64,000 bases of DNA from Vicugna vicugna (Eukaryota), in assembly GCA_013265495.1 (NCBI GenBank), contig MU058654.1:372001-436000 (forward strand). Reading direction: 5' to 3'. Below the pieces are notes generated by a model. It was not told the DNA's origin and searched no databases. It saw only the letters and a list, made by a program, of their open reading frames with translations. Both the position numbers and the translations under genes were made by a program. Position 1 is the stretch's first letter. Each line of letters starts with the position of its first letter. Shown in pieces: positions 11,673-24,750 of this stretch.

Positions 11673-13009
11673 GGAGTTTAAAAAGCAAAATCACATGATG
11701 AAACGTCAGTGTTGAAAGGGTAGGATTAAGTCTACCTATGAAGAATTTAGCCATCAGCAAATTTAAACTCCATTTTACAGAAGAGCATAAACAAGTTCCC
11801 ACAGGTTCCACTCACTCCCTGTTTGTGAGATCATTTAAGGGGTCAGCCAGTCCTCCAGGAACTCAAGCTGCTCCCTGCATTCAGTGCTGATAATAAGCCT
11901 TTTCCTGCGATTCCGTAATTAAGTGTTTGATATTGTGGCATTAACGCTAAAAAGTCAAGGATTTTATTATGACAATTATATTCGAAAAAAATGTTTTCAT
12001 GAGGATGCATTGGATTTGTTTTCTATGAGTAAAAACAGTTCATATATTTGGATGACTGTACTTTATATAGAACAGCTATTTTTGCTGAATAATTCCAGCT
12101 TTTGGAAATATCTAGAAAAGGATTGCTTTGTGTGATAAAATGCACCTGCTCCATGTATAATGACATTTTTTATCCATTTTTTAAAATCTCCCCAGACTAT
12201 CTAGTAGATAATTGGTACCCAATAAACCATCAGTTGAAATGGCAAATGAATCGAATTAGACAGGGAAAGTAAGATGCCTCACTGCACGCACTCCTTCACG
12301 ATGTCCCAGAATATACTTAAAACAACACGATTAAATTATGATTTACCGGACACTGGCTTTGAATTCATTAAAGGGAACTCACGTTCTGTGCAATGTCGTC
12401 AAATGCCAAAGAACATGCTTTCCAATGGCCAAATGCTTTCCGATAGGGGAGGGTCACCACATGTCTTAGCTGGTTTTCCTGGGGGTCAGATGCGCCTGCT
12501 CTAACCAAGTTGATCAGTCACCATCCTCCACGGGGAATGTTAACCACCCTCCCCACTTTGCCTCTCACTCCAGAATGAGTCTCAGAGACCAGAGTCTGGA
12601 ACCTGGTGCCACCAGCATCTGACAGCACAGAGACTCATCTGTGATCCTGTATGAACGCAGCTGGGTGAGTGTGGTCCCTCCAGGAGAGAGCCCACACACA
12701 AGGAATTGCACACATGCATCCTGGTTTCCAGTCTAATAACTCCCGCATTTCCATCATCACCTCTTCACCACACATACAACCACAGAGTCTAAATGTGCAT
12801 GTTTAAATGTATGTGAGCACACATATATTTGCACCTATAAACTGCTTCTCTTTACAATTCCAAATTGCATTAGATCAATAAAACTGTGTAAAAAATGCCA
12901 TCTCCTTTTATTCAAAAGGACCAAGTACAATGTTGTGGCAGACAAAATGGTTTAGCGTGGAGATGAAAAAAAGTGAATCATTTTAGAGTGAAAGAAAATT
13001 AAGCTTAAG

Positions 13010-13445
13010 GATTTTTTTAATAGATGTGAAATTCACTTATGTATATTTTAACAGAGTGAAATTCACATAACATAAAAGTAACCGTGTTAGTGTGTCCAAT
13101 TCACTGGCATTTCTAACACATTCAGAGTGTTAGAAAAAATCTATCTGGTTCCGAAATATTTCCATTTATTCCAAAGTAAAACTCTAAACCCATTAAATAA
13201 TCACTCCTCATTCTCCTTCCCCACCAATCTGCTTTCTGTCTCTATATATTTGCCTACTGTCCAGACATTTCGTAGGAATGGAATCATACAATCTGTGGCC
13301 CTTTGTGTCCGGTTCTTTCACTTAACATAATGTTTCCAAGGTCCATCCATGTTGTAGCATGCATCAGTACTTCATTCCTTTTATATGTATTTTAATACTA
13401 TTTCATTGTATAGATCTACCACATTTTGCTTAATCATTCATCCAT
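13010..13445 (-). mobile_element. L1MB-type 3' end
   Basis: 'gtgaaattcacataacataaaa...tggaatcatacaatctgtggcc...ccatccatgttgtagcatgcatcagtacttcattcctttt'. Confidence 0.8.
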
Positions 13446-13479
13446 AAAAATCATGTGTCTTTAAGGAGCCACAACCTGA

Positions 13480-13640
13480 CAGTGGTTAAGAGAAAGGGCT
13501 TTGAAATCACAGTTTTAATTTGAATTTCAGTTCTACTGACCACCAGCCACAATGCCACTGGGCCCCAAAGGATGACAGCATTACAGGGATGGTCCAAGGA
13601 CTAAATGAGATGCTGTGTTCAAACCCTTACTTGAGTTGAG
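13480..13640 (+). mobile_element. MIR SINE fragment
   Basis: 'agtggttaagagaaagggctttgaaatc...ggactaaatgagatg'. Confidence 0.55.
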
Positions 13641-14198
13641 GTACTCTGCACTGTGATGTAGATGTGAGACTGCTTAAAATACAAAAATGGGATTTAAAAA
13701 AATAATTTGGGGGGAAAAGAATAATCCATTATTATTTCAACATTTACTTCCTTCTTTTTAATTTTTAAAAACTGATTTAGTAGAAATATAAATTGGTATA
13801 GCTGATGTGGAAAACACAATGGAAAGTCCTAAAAACTTAAAAATAGAACTACCTTACGGTCCAACCATCCTACTTCCGGTGTACACCCATCACAGAACAC
13901 ACCAGTGCCTTTCTAGCTTGGGATTCAGAACAGCATGGCCTCTCACATAAATGTCCCAGCTGGCTTCAGACATCTCCGGAGGCCTTACCTCTTGCCCTCT
14001 GTCCCCTTACAAAAGGTGGCTAGTCCCAAGGGGTACAGGTTCACAGGTTGTGAAGTGCATTTGAAGGATGCACAAGGCTTGGAAGTGAGGAGAGCGTTTG
14101 AATGGTACTTGGGAAAGTGAATCCACAAATTAATTAACTAGTCTGTATGTTCTTCTCAGATAAATGAATGCAATAGAGTTTTGCTTCTTGTTCCCCCA

Positions 14199-15104
14199 CA
14201 GGGCCCGGTTTTCAACTCCCCTTCCTATTCCAATTTATATTTGGAGAGTGAATCTGTGTACAAATTAACAAGGTGTTCACAACAGTTGCCCTTGGTGTTG
14301 AGGACCATTTTGCAGCATTAAACAAATTTGATTAAGCTGAAATATGAATAGCTGTGGATACATATAAACTATAAGTGAAGTGTGGGGCCTTTGTCAATAT
14401 TGGCAGAGAGGAGCCCTTGAGCACTAGAATTGAGAAAAGTTTTATTTTCATAAAACTACTTAATAAGATTGAATTAATTTTTTCAAAAAGAAAACATTCC
14501 AGGTTTATTTATACAATTTTAGCCTTTCATAGTATAATTTTTTTTTAATTTCTAATAGAAATCTTAAGGCATTTTAGAAGGAAAGGACTTTTCATTTTTT
14601 AATTTTTGTATTAGATTTTAATTATGTTTTTGATGAAAATATAAAATTATTCACTTTGAATATGATTACATTTTATTTTTCAGTTTTGTAGCTCTTTATT
14701 ATAGAAGAACAAAAATTATATGACAAATTGTATTTCAGAAATAGAGATTTTGCTGAAATTATGGCAAGAAAAATCATTTATAGAATAATATTTATTAATT
14801 TGTGAATTATGTGCATCTTTGTTTTGTTACTTACATCCAAATATCACCACTCTATTATACTGAACACCTAGATATATTTAATAATAATTAGTTCCTAAAG
14901 GTCCTAGAAGTCCCCTTTAATATTTTGCTGATTTCTATGCATATAAAATATGTTCATTTACTTGTCACTATGGGTATCGATACAATATATTTTATTTCAA
15001 CTTTTTTTCAGCATGAGTTATAATTGTTAATATTTAGTCATTCAGTATGTGGGACTCCACATGAACTCTTACCCCAGTCTCCAAACATATTAAGGCAGGA
15101 CATG
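14199..15104 (+). mobile_element. hAT-Tip100 (Zaphod-like) DNA transposon fossil with transposase C-terminal remnant
   Basis: Frame from 14701 reads IEEQKLYDKLYFRNRDFAEIMARKII, resembling the end of the hAT dimerisation domain. GC-rich termini 'cagggcccgg' and 'ggactccacatgaactcttacccc...taaggcaggacatg'. Confidence 0.55.
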
Positions 15105-15309
15105 AACTTTCATGAGTCAAACATTTGGAAACACTGAAATTGAAGATAAACTAAAATAGAAAGATTTTAGGGACACTTCTCTCCTTCAGTAAATTAAAAT
15201 AAATAATCTCAAACTACTTTATGACTCTTTCATTTAAGACAGAAACATACATTACTGACTTTAAGCCAAGAATATCTGAACCAGGCTATTAAATTCCCAC
15301 ATCTAATAA

Positions 15310-16040
15310 CTTTATAATTTTTATTTCAAGTATACAGAAAAATAGGGAAAATAAGCACTTAAATAACCCCCATCAATCCAGGTTCACCAAACCTGTTTTG
15401 CTGTATTTCTTTTAGACCTTTTTGCTTTTTCTATAAATAAAACATTACAGGATACTTTGTTTCTCCTTGTGTACCTGTAACCTGCCCAGCTCTCCTTGCT
15501 CCGGGCTGATTCCTACCCTGAACTGGTATTTATCATCTGTATACATGTTTTTACATGTTTCATATTTTCACTAGGTACCCCTATATCCATGTACAACATA
15601 GTATTGTTTTGAATGTTTTACATTTTTATCTAAAGGCAAAGCTTTTCTTCACTCGTGATCATGTTTTTGAGATTTATCAATGTTGACACATATATTTATC
15701 ACTTTTAAGACTTGTATCACCCTCGATTTTTTTTAACTCTACCACAACTTGTCAATTGTCTTACTGACAGACAAGGTTTCACTATTTTAAACAGCACTTC
15801 TATGAGCTTCATTGTACATTCCTCCTTGGGTGCATAAGAGAGATTTTTCTCTAGAGGGTATGTCTAGAAGGAGAATTGCTGGGTCCTGAGAAATGTTTAT
15901 CTGCAACTTTCCTAGCCATTACTAACCAATTTCCATTAGAGCTGTATCCATCCATGCTCCCTCCACTAGGTCATGTGGGCTCAGTTATTCCAAACCCTCA
16001 CTTACCGTTGTTTCAGACTTTTTAAAATTTTATTCTCCAC
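15310..16040 (-). mobile_element. Ancient L1ME-type 3' fragment
   Basis: 'tttttgagatttatcaatgttgacaca...ctagaaggagaattgctgggtc'. Confidence 0.65.
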
Positions 16041-16189
16041 CTTATTCTTGGCCTGTGACTATTTCCTTTATCTTCTTTTCTACCAAATCAAGCATTTAAA
16101 AAGAAGATTTTACATTTCATCCAGTATCCCTAGGTGCTTGTGATGGGAGGATTTTAGAAGGGCTCCTCAGTCATACTGCGTAAATCAAG

Positions 16190-16600
16190 TGTGTCAGTCA
16201 GGGAAAAGTCAGGAAACACAGATGTGCTGAATGTAGGGAACTGGTTACTAAAGAGACAGAAGACTGTGTAGAAGGAAGGGAAGGAAGGAAATCCTGGAGC
16301 CGCCAAAGAGGAGGCTCCCATCACCCCTGCTGGACCCCTGGGTTTGCACTATCTCTGCATCACTAGAGGGACCACTCAGCTTGTGCTGGGGCCGTGAAGA
16401 GGCATGGCTGTGGGTGTCTCTAGGAGCAGTGTGGCTGTGTTCTTCCTCTCACCTTCCAACCTTATGCCGCTGTCTTCTATGGCAGAACATAATTAGAACC
16501 TTGGTCAAGCGTATAAGAAACATAGTTTGTAGGGTTTTACCCCACCCCAAGCACAGAAAAGCAGGAATGGATTTAAGGACAAATGTCCAGCAAACCAAAT
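16190..16600 (-). mobile_element. Old ERVL-class LTR (LTR33-like)
   Basis: Begins 'tgtgtcagtcaggga...caggaaac'; contains 'tagggaactggttac' and 'ggcagaacataattagaacc'. Confidence 0.45.
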
Positions 16601-16759
16601 GATTTATTATTTTTTGCCCTCTAGAAGCTCCTATTATCTCATATCTGACACTCTAAAATGTCATAATGATGTGCCTTTGTATAATACTCATTACAGTCGC
16701 TGTTTGGGGGGCGATTTTGATGGGGAAACTCACGTAGTTTTATTGTAGGAAAAAAATGA

Positions 16760-18270
16760 AGTAGAACTACATATGTCAGCAGAAGTAAACATAAACTTGA
16801 GAAAAAGCAAGTTTTAAAATATCATATATAATATGATAGCATTTATATGATGTTTGAATACATGCAGATCAATATTCTATATTGTTCATGGATACATTAT
16901 TAGGTAATAAATCTAAAAAGGCGTAGAATGTTAGAACACCAATTATGATTATCTTTGCAAAGAAAATCGGGAAATGAGATTGGGAAGAGGTGTACGTGGA
17001 ATGTCAGTTTGTACTGTGTTTTTTTTTTTTAAGCAAGGTGGTCATAACATGGATATTTTCATATTATTATGTATATCATATCCCTGAAACATTCCATAGA
17101 AAAGAAGGGGAAAAAATAGATTGAAAAATCAAGCCAGTTTCAAAAAATCAGGAATCCAGAATGGCATCAGACTTCCTAAAATGAGCTAGAACACCATGGA
17201 ACAGTGCCTTCTGATAGCATGAGAAACTGAATTCCAACCTAGAATTCTGTACCCAGGCCAACCATTAAGCAAGTGGGAGAGGAAAACACAAACATTTATA
17301 TCCAACCAATGGCTCAAAATATGATGTCCCAGGCAACTTTTATAAGAAATCTACTGAGAGGTAAGTTTCATTAAAACAAGAGAAGAAACCAAGAAATAGG
17401 AAGAAATGAGCTTCAGAAATGGGGAAGCCAATACAGGAGGGACATGGATGGTCTTCTGAGGATGATGATAAGAAAAGACCCATGATAACAGCTGGGAAGC
17501 GGGCCTCAGGCTGGAATCAACAACGCATGGTAGTAGGATTGTGTTCTGTTTGTACGAAAAAGTTTTATTGGACGCAGCTATGCCCATTACTTAGTTATGG
17601 TCTAGAGCTGGGTTTTCTTGTTTTGTTTTGTTTTGTTTTGTTTTGCTATAATGATAGAGTTGAGTAGTTACAACAAAAGCCTAAAATATTTACCATTTAG
17701 TTCTTTACAGAAAAAGCTGGCAGATCCCTGGCCTAAAGGGACAATTTGGAACAGGAAGATGGAGGAAGGTCTTCAAGATTAAAAAAAAAAAAACCAACTG
17801 GAACTGATGGATTATATTAGTGGATGTTTGATCTTACTAAGAGAGCTTTACAGCTGTGTTAGAGATTTTAAGAACAAATAAATGATGGGTGCGTAGAGAT
17901 TCAAGCAAACCAAAAATAATGCAATCTTGATCTGACAAGATAAGTTGAACGAGAGAGTTTATTTTAATCATGGAACTCTAGGCATCTCGTCTGTGAATGA
18001 TATTTCATAGGCATAATAATGTAACCACTTAATATTGATTTAACAATATTAGGAGCATTGGAGAAGATACATGCAAGTGAGGGAGAGAGGGAAAGCGGAA
18101 GAGAACTAGATACTAGTCATTCATAGCAGGGTATCAATAGATGATATGTAAATTTTTAAAAATCAATATATAAAAATATAATATTATTTAGAAGTACGTA
18201 TGAAAGTATCAGAAAAAATAGATGGCTTTCATTATAAGACTTGTAGAATTATTAGAATCATTTGCCTTTG
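16760..18270 (+). mobile_element. Ancient L1/HAL1-like fragments (interrupted by MER58A)
   Basis: 'agaatggcatcagacttc...ttccaacctagaattctgtacccaggccaacc' is ORF1-like; A-rich old L1 3' sequence. Confidence 0.55.
17520..17730 (+). mobile_element. MER58A hAT-Charlie element
   Basis: 'aaagttttattggacgcagctatgccca...agagttgagtagtt...aagcctaaaatatttaccatttagttctttacagaaaaagctggcagatccctg'. Confidence 0.8.
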
Positions 18271-18782
18271 TTAACGATATATATGAGTAATATAAACGTA
18301 TAATTTACAACACGCTGACGACTATAACTCTATTCATCTGTTCAGTTCGGTGTAAAGCGAACAGGCAAAGAACAAAGAATCCCAGTGCAGAGCTTTTCCA
18401 GGTGTTATTCAGCCACCGTTTTTAAACAATATGCAAATGAAGACCAAGTTATGAAAGGGAGGAAAGAAAAGAGAGAATAAGATAGAGGAAACAGAAAAAT
18501 GGAGGCTGGAAAGAACCTTTATTTGGAGAAATCATTTTAAAGATTATTTTCTTATAATTCTGTAAATTTTCTTTTCCCTCTCTTCATTCCTGACTTTTTT
18601 TTTTTTAATGGCTAATATTGACTTACTATGTACCAGGCACCGTTCTATGAACTGAGAATACTGAGGAACTGAACTGTGTACAGAATCTGAAAAGACCGAT
18701 TCTGTCTGGGCTTCCAAGGGGTTTGCTTTCAGCTGGGAGCAGGGTCAAAACCTTTCCTTAGAATATCTTGACAAACGCGCAG

Positions 18783-19055
18783 TGACACATAGCCACCACT
18801 ACAGTATCATACAGAGTAATTTTATTGCCCTAAAAATCCCTTGTGCTCCATCTATTCATTCCTCCCTCCTTTCCTCGCCCCGCCCCTGGAAACCACGATC
18901 TTTTTATTGTTTCTGTAGCTTTGCCTTTTCCAGAATGTCATTTGGTTGGAATCATACAGTTTGTAACCTTTTCAGACTGGCTTCTTTCATTTAGTAATAT
19001 GTCTTTTAAGTTTCTTCCATGTCTTTCATGGCTTGATAGCTCATTTTTTTTAACT
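18783..19055 (-). mobile_element. L1MC/MD-type 3' fragment
   Basis: 'atcatacagagtaattttattgccctaaaaatccc...ttgccttttccagaatgtcat...cttgatagctcatt'. Confidence 0.75.
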
Positions 19056-19176
19056 GCATATATATATATTTTAAATTTACATGTATGTACTTGTTCATTG
19101 TTTCTAAGAACGTTTAGAGCTTTAGCTTTTTAAACTTACATAGTTGTCAAAGGAATAAAGCCAACCACAAAATAAG

Positions 19177-19291
19177 AATTAATTCAAAAAGATACATACA
19201 CCCTGCTATTAACAGCAATATTATTTACAGTTGCCAAGATATGGAAGCATCCTAAGTGCATAGCAATAGTTGAATAGATAAAGAAGATACA

Positions 19292-19326
<35 letters not shown>

Positions 19327-19375
19327 GGAATACAACTCACTCATATGAAAGAAGGATATTTTGCCATTTGCAGCT
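19177..19375 (+). mobile_element. L1 ORF2 C-terminal-region fragment
   Basis: 'caaaaagatacatacaccctgctattaacagcaatattatttacagttgccaagatatggaagc', with an internal (TG)n(TA)n tract. Confidence 0.8.
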
Positions 19376-19434
19376 CTTCATGCACTTTTTTTTTTAACTT
19401 CAAAAACCGCAGTTTTATAACTGGCATAAACATT

Positions 19435-19715
19435 TCCATTGCATCCAGAACAACAAAATACCTAGAAATAAACTTAATCAAGGAGGTTACCCATACTCCG
19501 AAAACCCAAATGACACAAAGAAATGGAAAGATTTCTTGTGCTCTTGGATTGGAAGAATAGACACTATCAAAATAGCCACACTACCAAAAGCAATCCACAG
19601 ATCCAACGCAACCCCTGTCAAAATACTCAATGACATTCCTCACAGAACTAAAACAAACAACTCCAAAATTTATAAGGAACTGCAAAAGATCCCGAACTGC
19701 CAAAGCGATCTTTTG
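19435..19715 (+). pseudogene. L1 ORF2p fragment (post-RT region)
   Basis: Translations 'TTKYLEINLIKEV' and 'CSWIGRIDTIKIATLPKAIHRSNATPVKI' match L1 ORF2p motifs. Confidence 0.9.
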
Positions 19716-21740
19716 TAAGTCTTTTTTTCTTCTCTCTTTCTTCTTTTTGTTCTCTTTTCTTACAGGTTGATGACTAGAGAAGGTCCTTTCACGTTTGTTA
19801 TAAAGCTGGTTTGGCGGTGCTGAAATCTTTTAGCTTTTGTTTGTCTGTGAAGCTGCTGATTTCTCCCTCAAATCTGAACGAGAGCCTTGCTGGATAGAGC
19901 ATTCTTGGTTGTAAGTTTTCCCCTTTCATCACTTTAAATATATCGTACCACTCCCCTCTGGCCTGTAGAGTTTCTTCAAAAAAATCAGCTGATAATCTTA
20001 TGGGAGTTCCCTTGTATGATATTTGTTGCTTTTCTCTAATTTTAATATTTTCTCCTTACCCTAAATTTTTGTCAATTTGATGACTATGTGCCTTGCTGTG
20101 TTCCTCTTTGGGTTGATCCTGTGTAGAACTCTCTGTGCTTCCTGGACTTTGGTGACTGTTTCCTTTCCCAAGTTGGGGAAATTTTTGGTGATTATCTCTC
20201 CAGAAATTTTCTCAGGTCTTTCTCTCTCTCTCCTCTTTCTGGGACCCCTATAATGTGAGTATTAGTGCACTTCATGTTGTCCCAGAGTTCTCTTAAATCA
20301 TCTTCATCTCTTTTCATTCTTTTTCTGTTCTGCAGTAGTGATTCCCAGTAATCTGTCTTCTAACTCACTGATTCGTTCTTCTGCCTCATTTAGTCTATTC
20401 CTGGTTCCTTCTAGTGTGTTATTCATTTCAGTGATTTTATTCTTCAACTCTGTTTGGGTATTCTTTATATTTTCCAACTCTTTGCTAAAAATTTCACTCT
20501 GTACGTCTGTGCTCCTCTTGAGTTCTCTGAACATCTTGGCCATCATTCCTTTAAACTCTTTCTCAGATAAATTGCCTGTATCCTCATCACTTATTTCTTC
20601 TTCTGGGAGTTTATCTTGTGTCTTAGCCTGGGAGATATTCCTTTGCTGCCTCATATCATCTATCTCTCTATTTTTATTCTTAGGTAAGTCAGTTACTTTT
20701 CTTGACCTTGGAGAGGTGACCCTCTGTGGGAGCCATCCTATGTGTCCCAGCAGTATGCTCCTCTCTTGTCACCCAAGGGTCAGGGTCCAGCCAGTCCCAG
20801 TGTAAAGTCTGGCCTGTGTTTGTGGATTCCTTCCACAGGCTTTGAGATAATTGTTTCTTTATTTCTGGTATCTGTCCCTGTGGATGAGGCTGGACTAGAG
20901 GCTTATGTAGGGTTCCTGGCAGGAGGAGCCAGTGCCTGCCCACTGCTGGGTGTAGCTTGGTCTTGGACCTCTAGTGGGTAGGGCTGTGTCTAGAGGCCCT
21001 TGTGGCTCAGGATGTCTGCTGATGGGTGGGGCTGTGTTCCCACCCTGTATGTTGTTTGGCATGAGGTTTCCCTACAGGCTGTTGGGTGGGACTAGGTCTT
21101 GGTGCTGATGATCCAATCAAGATGTCAGCCTCCAGGAAAGCTCATGTAGATGAACACTCCTGGAATTTCTGCCACCAGCTTTTATGCCCCCTCGGTGAGC
21201 TGTAGCCGTCCCCCATGTCCCCAGGAGACTCTTCAAAACCAGCAGGCAGGCCTGGCCCAGGTTCCTATGAAATCACTGCCTCTGACCTTGGACCTGGTGC
21301 ATGTGAGTTTCTGTGTATGTTACCCAAGTGAATGGAGACTCTGTTTCCCCTAGTCCCATGGGGCTCCTGGAGCCAAGCCTCGCTGGCCTTCAAAACCAGA
21401 TGTCCTGGGGTCTCCTTCTCTTCCCAATGCCAGAACCCTGGGCTGGGGAGCCTGACGTGGGGCTTAGAGCTCTCACTGCTGTGGGAGGGCGTCTGTGACT
21501 TAACTGTTCTTCAGCTTGTGGGTCACCCACCTGGGGGGTATGGGGCCCAGTTATCATGAGAATGCCCCTCCTACCATCCTGCTGTGGTTCCCTCTTTATG
21601 TTTCCAGTTGCAGAAGATCTTTTATCCTAGGTTTCAGTCTTTTGTTCAATGGTTGTTTAGCATTCAGTTGTGGTTTCATTGTAGTCGTGAGGAGAGGTGA
21701 GCTTGTGGTCCTACCACTCCACCACCTTGACCAGAAATCT
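19716..21740 (-). mobile_element. L1 5' portion (5'UTR + ORF1), apparently with its 5' end retained
   Basis: GC-richer 5'UTR at 20655-21740, starting on the minus strand with 'ggtcaaggtggtggagtggtagg' (decayed CAAGATGGCG start), followed by ORF1. Confidence 0.9.
19774..20654 (-). pseudogene. L1 ORF1p, disrupted
   Basis: MRQQRN...coiled coil (ELKNKITEMNNTLEG..RLNEAEERISELEDR), frameshift near 20305, then 'LRELWDNMK' and 'YPARLSFRFEGEI' in other frames with stops. Confidence 0.9.
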
Positions 21741-21744
21741 AAAT

Positions 21745-24700
21745 TCTTCTATTCTGTATGTTGTTCTTATTGGTTGATTTCTACTATTCTGTCTTCCAGG
21801 CACCTTTGTGCTGTTCTGAATCACCCAGCCTACTGTTAATTCTTTCTAGTGTATTTTTCATTTCAGTTACTGTATTCTTTAGCTCTGATGGATTATTTCT
21901 ATATTTTCTAGTTCTTTGTTGAAGTTCTCATTGCGTTCCTCTATTCTTTTCCTGACTTCAGTGAGCATTTTTATGACTATTGCTTTGAGCTATTTATGAG
22001 GTAAATTAGGTAAAGTACCTCCATTTCATTAGGGTTTTTTTAGGGGGTGGGAGGTTATCCTGTTCTTCTGTTTGGAACATATTTCTCTGCTCTCTCATTT
22101 TGTTTGACTTTCTTTGCTTGTCGCTGTGAAATGGTCACCTATCCTGATGTGCCCTGTATGGGAACATCCCTATGTGGTCTGTGTGTGCCCAGAGGCTTTG
22201 GTGGAAGAGCTGGACCTAAAATGAGCAGAGGCTGCATCTTCTCCTGAGGGTCACTGTCCGGCCCAGCCCTGGTTGGAGGTAGACCTGGAGGCAGAATGGC
22301 TACAGCCAGAACCAGGTGCAAGCTGGGGCTTGTCCTTCATGCAGTGCTGGTCCCTGCACTGTCATGGGGAGGCCAAAACCTGAGTGGCTCTGACTGCAGC
22401 CTTATGAGCTAGGCTGTGGCAAGAAATTATAGTACAATGTTGATTAAAATTTATGAGAGCTAATATTATTTTCTTGTTCCTGATCTTAGAGGGGAAATAT
22501 TAGTCTTTAGCTGTAAGGATCATGTTAGCTGGAGGTTTTTAATTGATGCTTTTTATCAGGTTTAGGAAGTTCCCCTCTAAATTTGCTGAGAATTTTCATC
22601 AAGAATGGATATTAGATCTTTTTTCAAAATGGTTTATTTAATTTATCGAGATGACCATTTTGATATTTTGATAACATAATGAATGACACTGATTGATATT
22701 TTGCAATCTTGAAACAACTCTGCATTCCTGGGATAAACTCTACTTTATCCTGTGTATTACCCTTTTTATAAATTGTTGTATTTGACTTGATCAAACTTTT
22801 TTAAAATTCTTCCATATAGATATATTGGTTTATAGGTTTCTTTTTGGTAATATCTTTGATTTTGGGATCAGCATAGTGCTAATCTCAAAGAATTCATGGA
22901 AAAATACTTCTTGATCTTCACAGTTTGTAAAGAATTGGTTTTGGGGGCTTTTTTTTCCTTAAATGCTTGGTGAAATTTACCAGTGAAGTCATCTGGCCTG
23001 TAATTTTCTTTTGAAAGACTTTAAGCAACAAATTGCATTTATTCAGTAGATACAGAGCTATTCTTGAGAGATCACTGTTAGTTTAAAATATTCAAGGAAG
23101 TTGTCCAGTTTATCTAGACTGTCTGATTTATTATTAAGAAATTGCTTATAATATTATATTTACATCTTTTAATATTTGTAGGCTCTGTTATGATGTCACC
23201 CACATAATTCTTGATATTGATATTTTGTGTCTTGTTTTTTTTTTTGACCAGTGTGGCTAGAGGTTTATCAATTTTATTGATTCTCCCAAAGCAGCAGATT
23301 TTATTTCTGTGACTAACTCAAAAGTTTTTCTTTTTTCTATTTTGTTGATTTCCACTTTGATAATTAACTCCTTTATTCTTATTACTTTGGGTTTCACTTG
23401 CCGATATTTTTCCATTTTCTTAAGCTAGAAGCTGAGGACATCAGTTTGTCTATGAACATTATTCTCTTTGTCACAAACCCTACAGTAAATTGTTATTATT
23501 TTTGTTTAAATGGTCGTTTAACTTTTTAAATAATTTAAATAATAAGAAAATGTCTTGTATATTCACCCATTTAGTTACCATTTTTGATGCTCTTCATTAT
23601 TTTGTGTAGAGCCACATTTCCATGTGCTATAATTTTTCTTCTGCCTGAAGAATCTCTTTCAGCTTTCTTCTAGGGCAGATCTACTGGTGATTAATTCTTT
23701 TTGCTTTTGTACATCTGAGAAAAATGTTTATTTTGCCTTTATCTTTGAAAGGTATTTTTAATCTACATAGAATTTTAGTTCAACAGTTTTTTCTTTCACT
23801 ACTTTCAATATCCTGTTCCACTGTCTTCTCACTTGCATTGTTTCTAACAAGGAGTCTGGTGGAATCCTCATCCTTGTTCCTCTGTACAGAAGGTATCCTT
23901 TTCTGGCTGCTTTTAAGATTTCTGCTTACTGTGGGGTTTGAGGGACTTGATTATAGAGTGCCTTGTTGTGGTTCTCTTCTTCTTATGTCTTGTGGTTGGG
24001 ATTTATTGAGCTGCTTTATAGTTTTTATCAAATTTAGAACATATGTGAGTATTACTCAGATTTCTTTGTGTCCCCTCATCCTTCTTCTGGGAATCCACTG
24101 ACACATATATTAGGCTGACTGAAGTAGCTCCATAGCTTACTAAGTCTCTGTTCATTTAAAAGAGTGACTTCTATTTTTAACTTACATAATTTCCACTGCT
24201 GTGTCTCAAATTCACTAATCTTTTCTACTAAAAATCTCCTCTGTCATTAATCCTCCCCAATGTGCTGCTTCTCCAACTTCGTAATTTTCATCTCTAGAAT
24301 GTTGACTTGGGTCTTCTCTACATTCTTTCTCTACTTACTTCACATTTTTTACACATGGAATAAAGTCATAATAACTGTTTCCATGTTCTCTTCTGCTGAT
24401 TCTAAGATCTGCGCCACTTCTGCGTCAATTCTGACTACCTTCCTCATCACGGATTTTGCTTTCCTGCTTGTTCGCAGGCCTAGTAACCTTGGTTTGGATG
24501 ATAGACACTGAAGTTTACCTTGTTGATTGCTGGGTACTTTCGTATTCCCATAAATATTCTGAACTTTGATCTGTGACATAGTTAAATAACCCAGAAATGG
24601 TTCTATCCTTTCTGGTCTTGCCTTTAAACTATATGAGGCAGGTCTGCATGGTGCTCAGTCTAAGACCAATTATTCCCTATCACAAAGGTGAGAACTTCTT

Positions 24701-24750
24701 GAATTGGCCCGTGGAAGCAACAGCATTTCACATGTTAAATTATTTGTTGT
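21745..24750 (-). mobile_element. Stack of older L1 fragments (ORF1- and ORF2-derived)
   Basis: T-rich antisense L1 signatures: 'cttgttcctgatcttagagggga', 'tgcattcctgggataaac', 'ggctagaggtttatcaattttattg', 'tttattttgcctttatctttgaaaggtatttt'. Confidence 0.75.

Noticed and set aside
20338..20805. 155-aa + strand Ser/Leu/Phe-rich ORF
   Set aside because: Antisense shadow of the L1 ORF1 coiled-coil region.
23724..24579. Hydrophobic membrane-protein-like ORFs
   Set aside because: They lie in T-rich antisense old L1 sequence, which yields Phe/Leu-rich translations artefactually.
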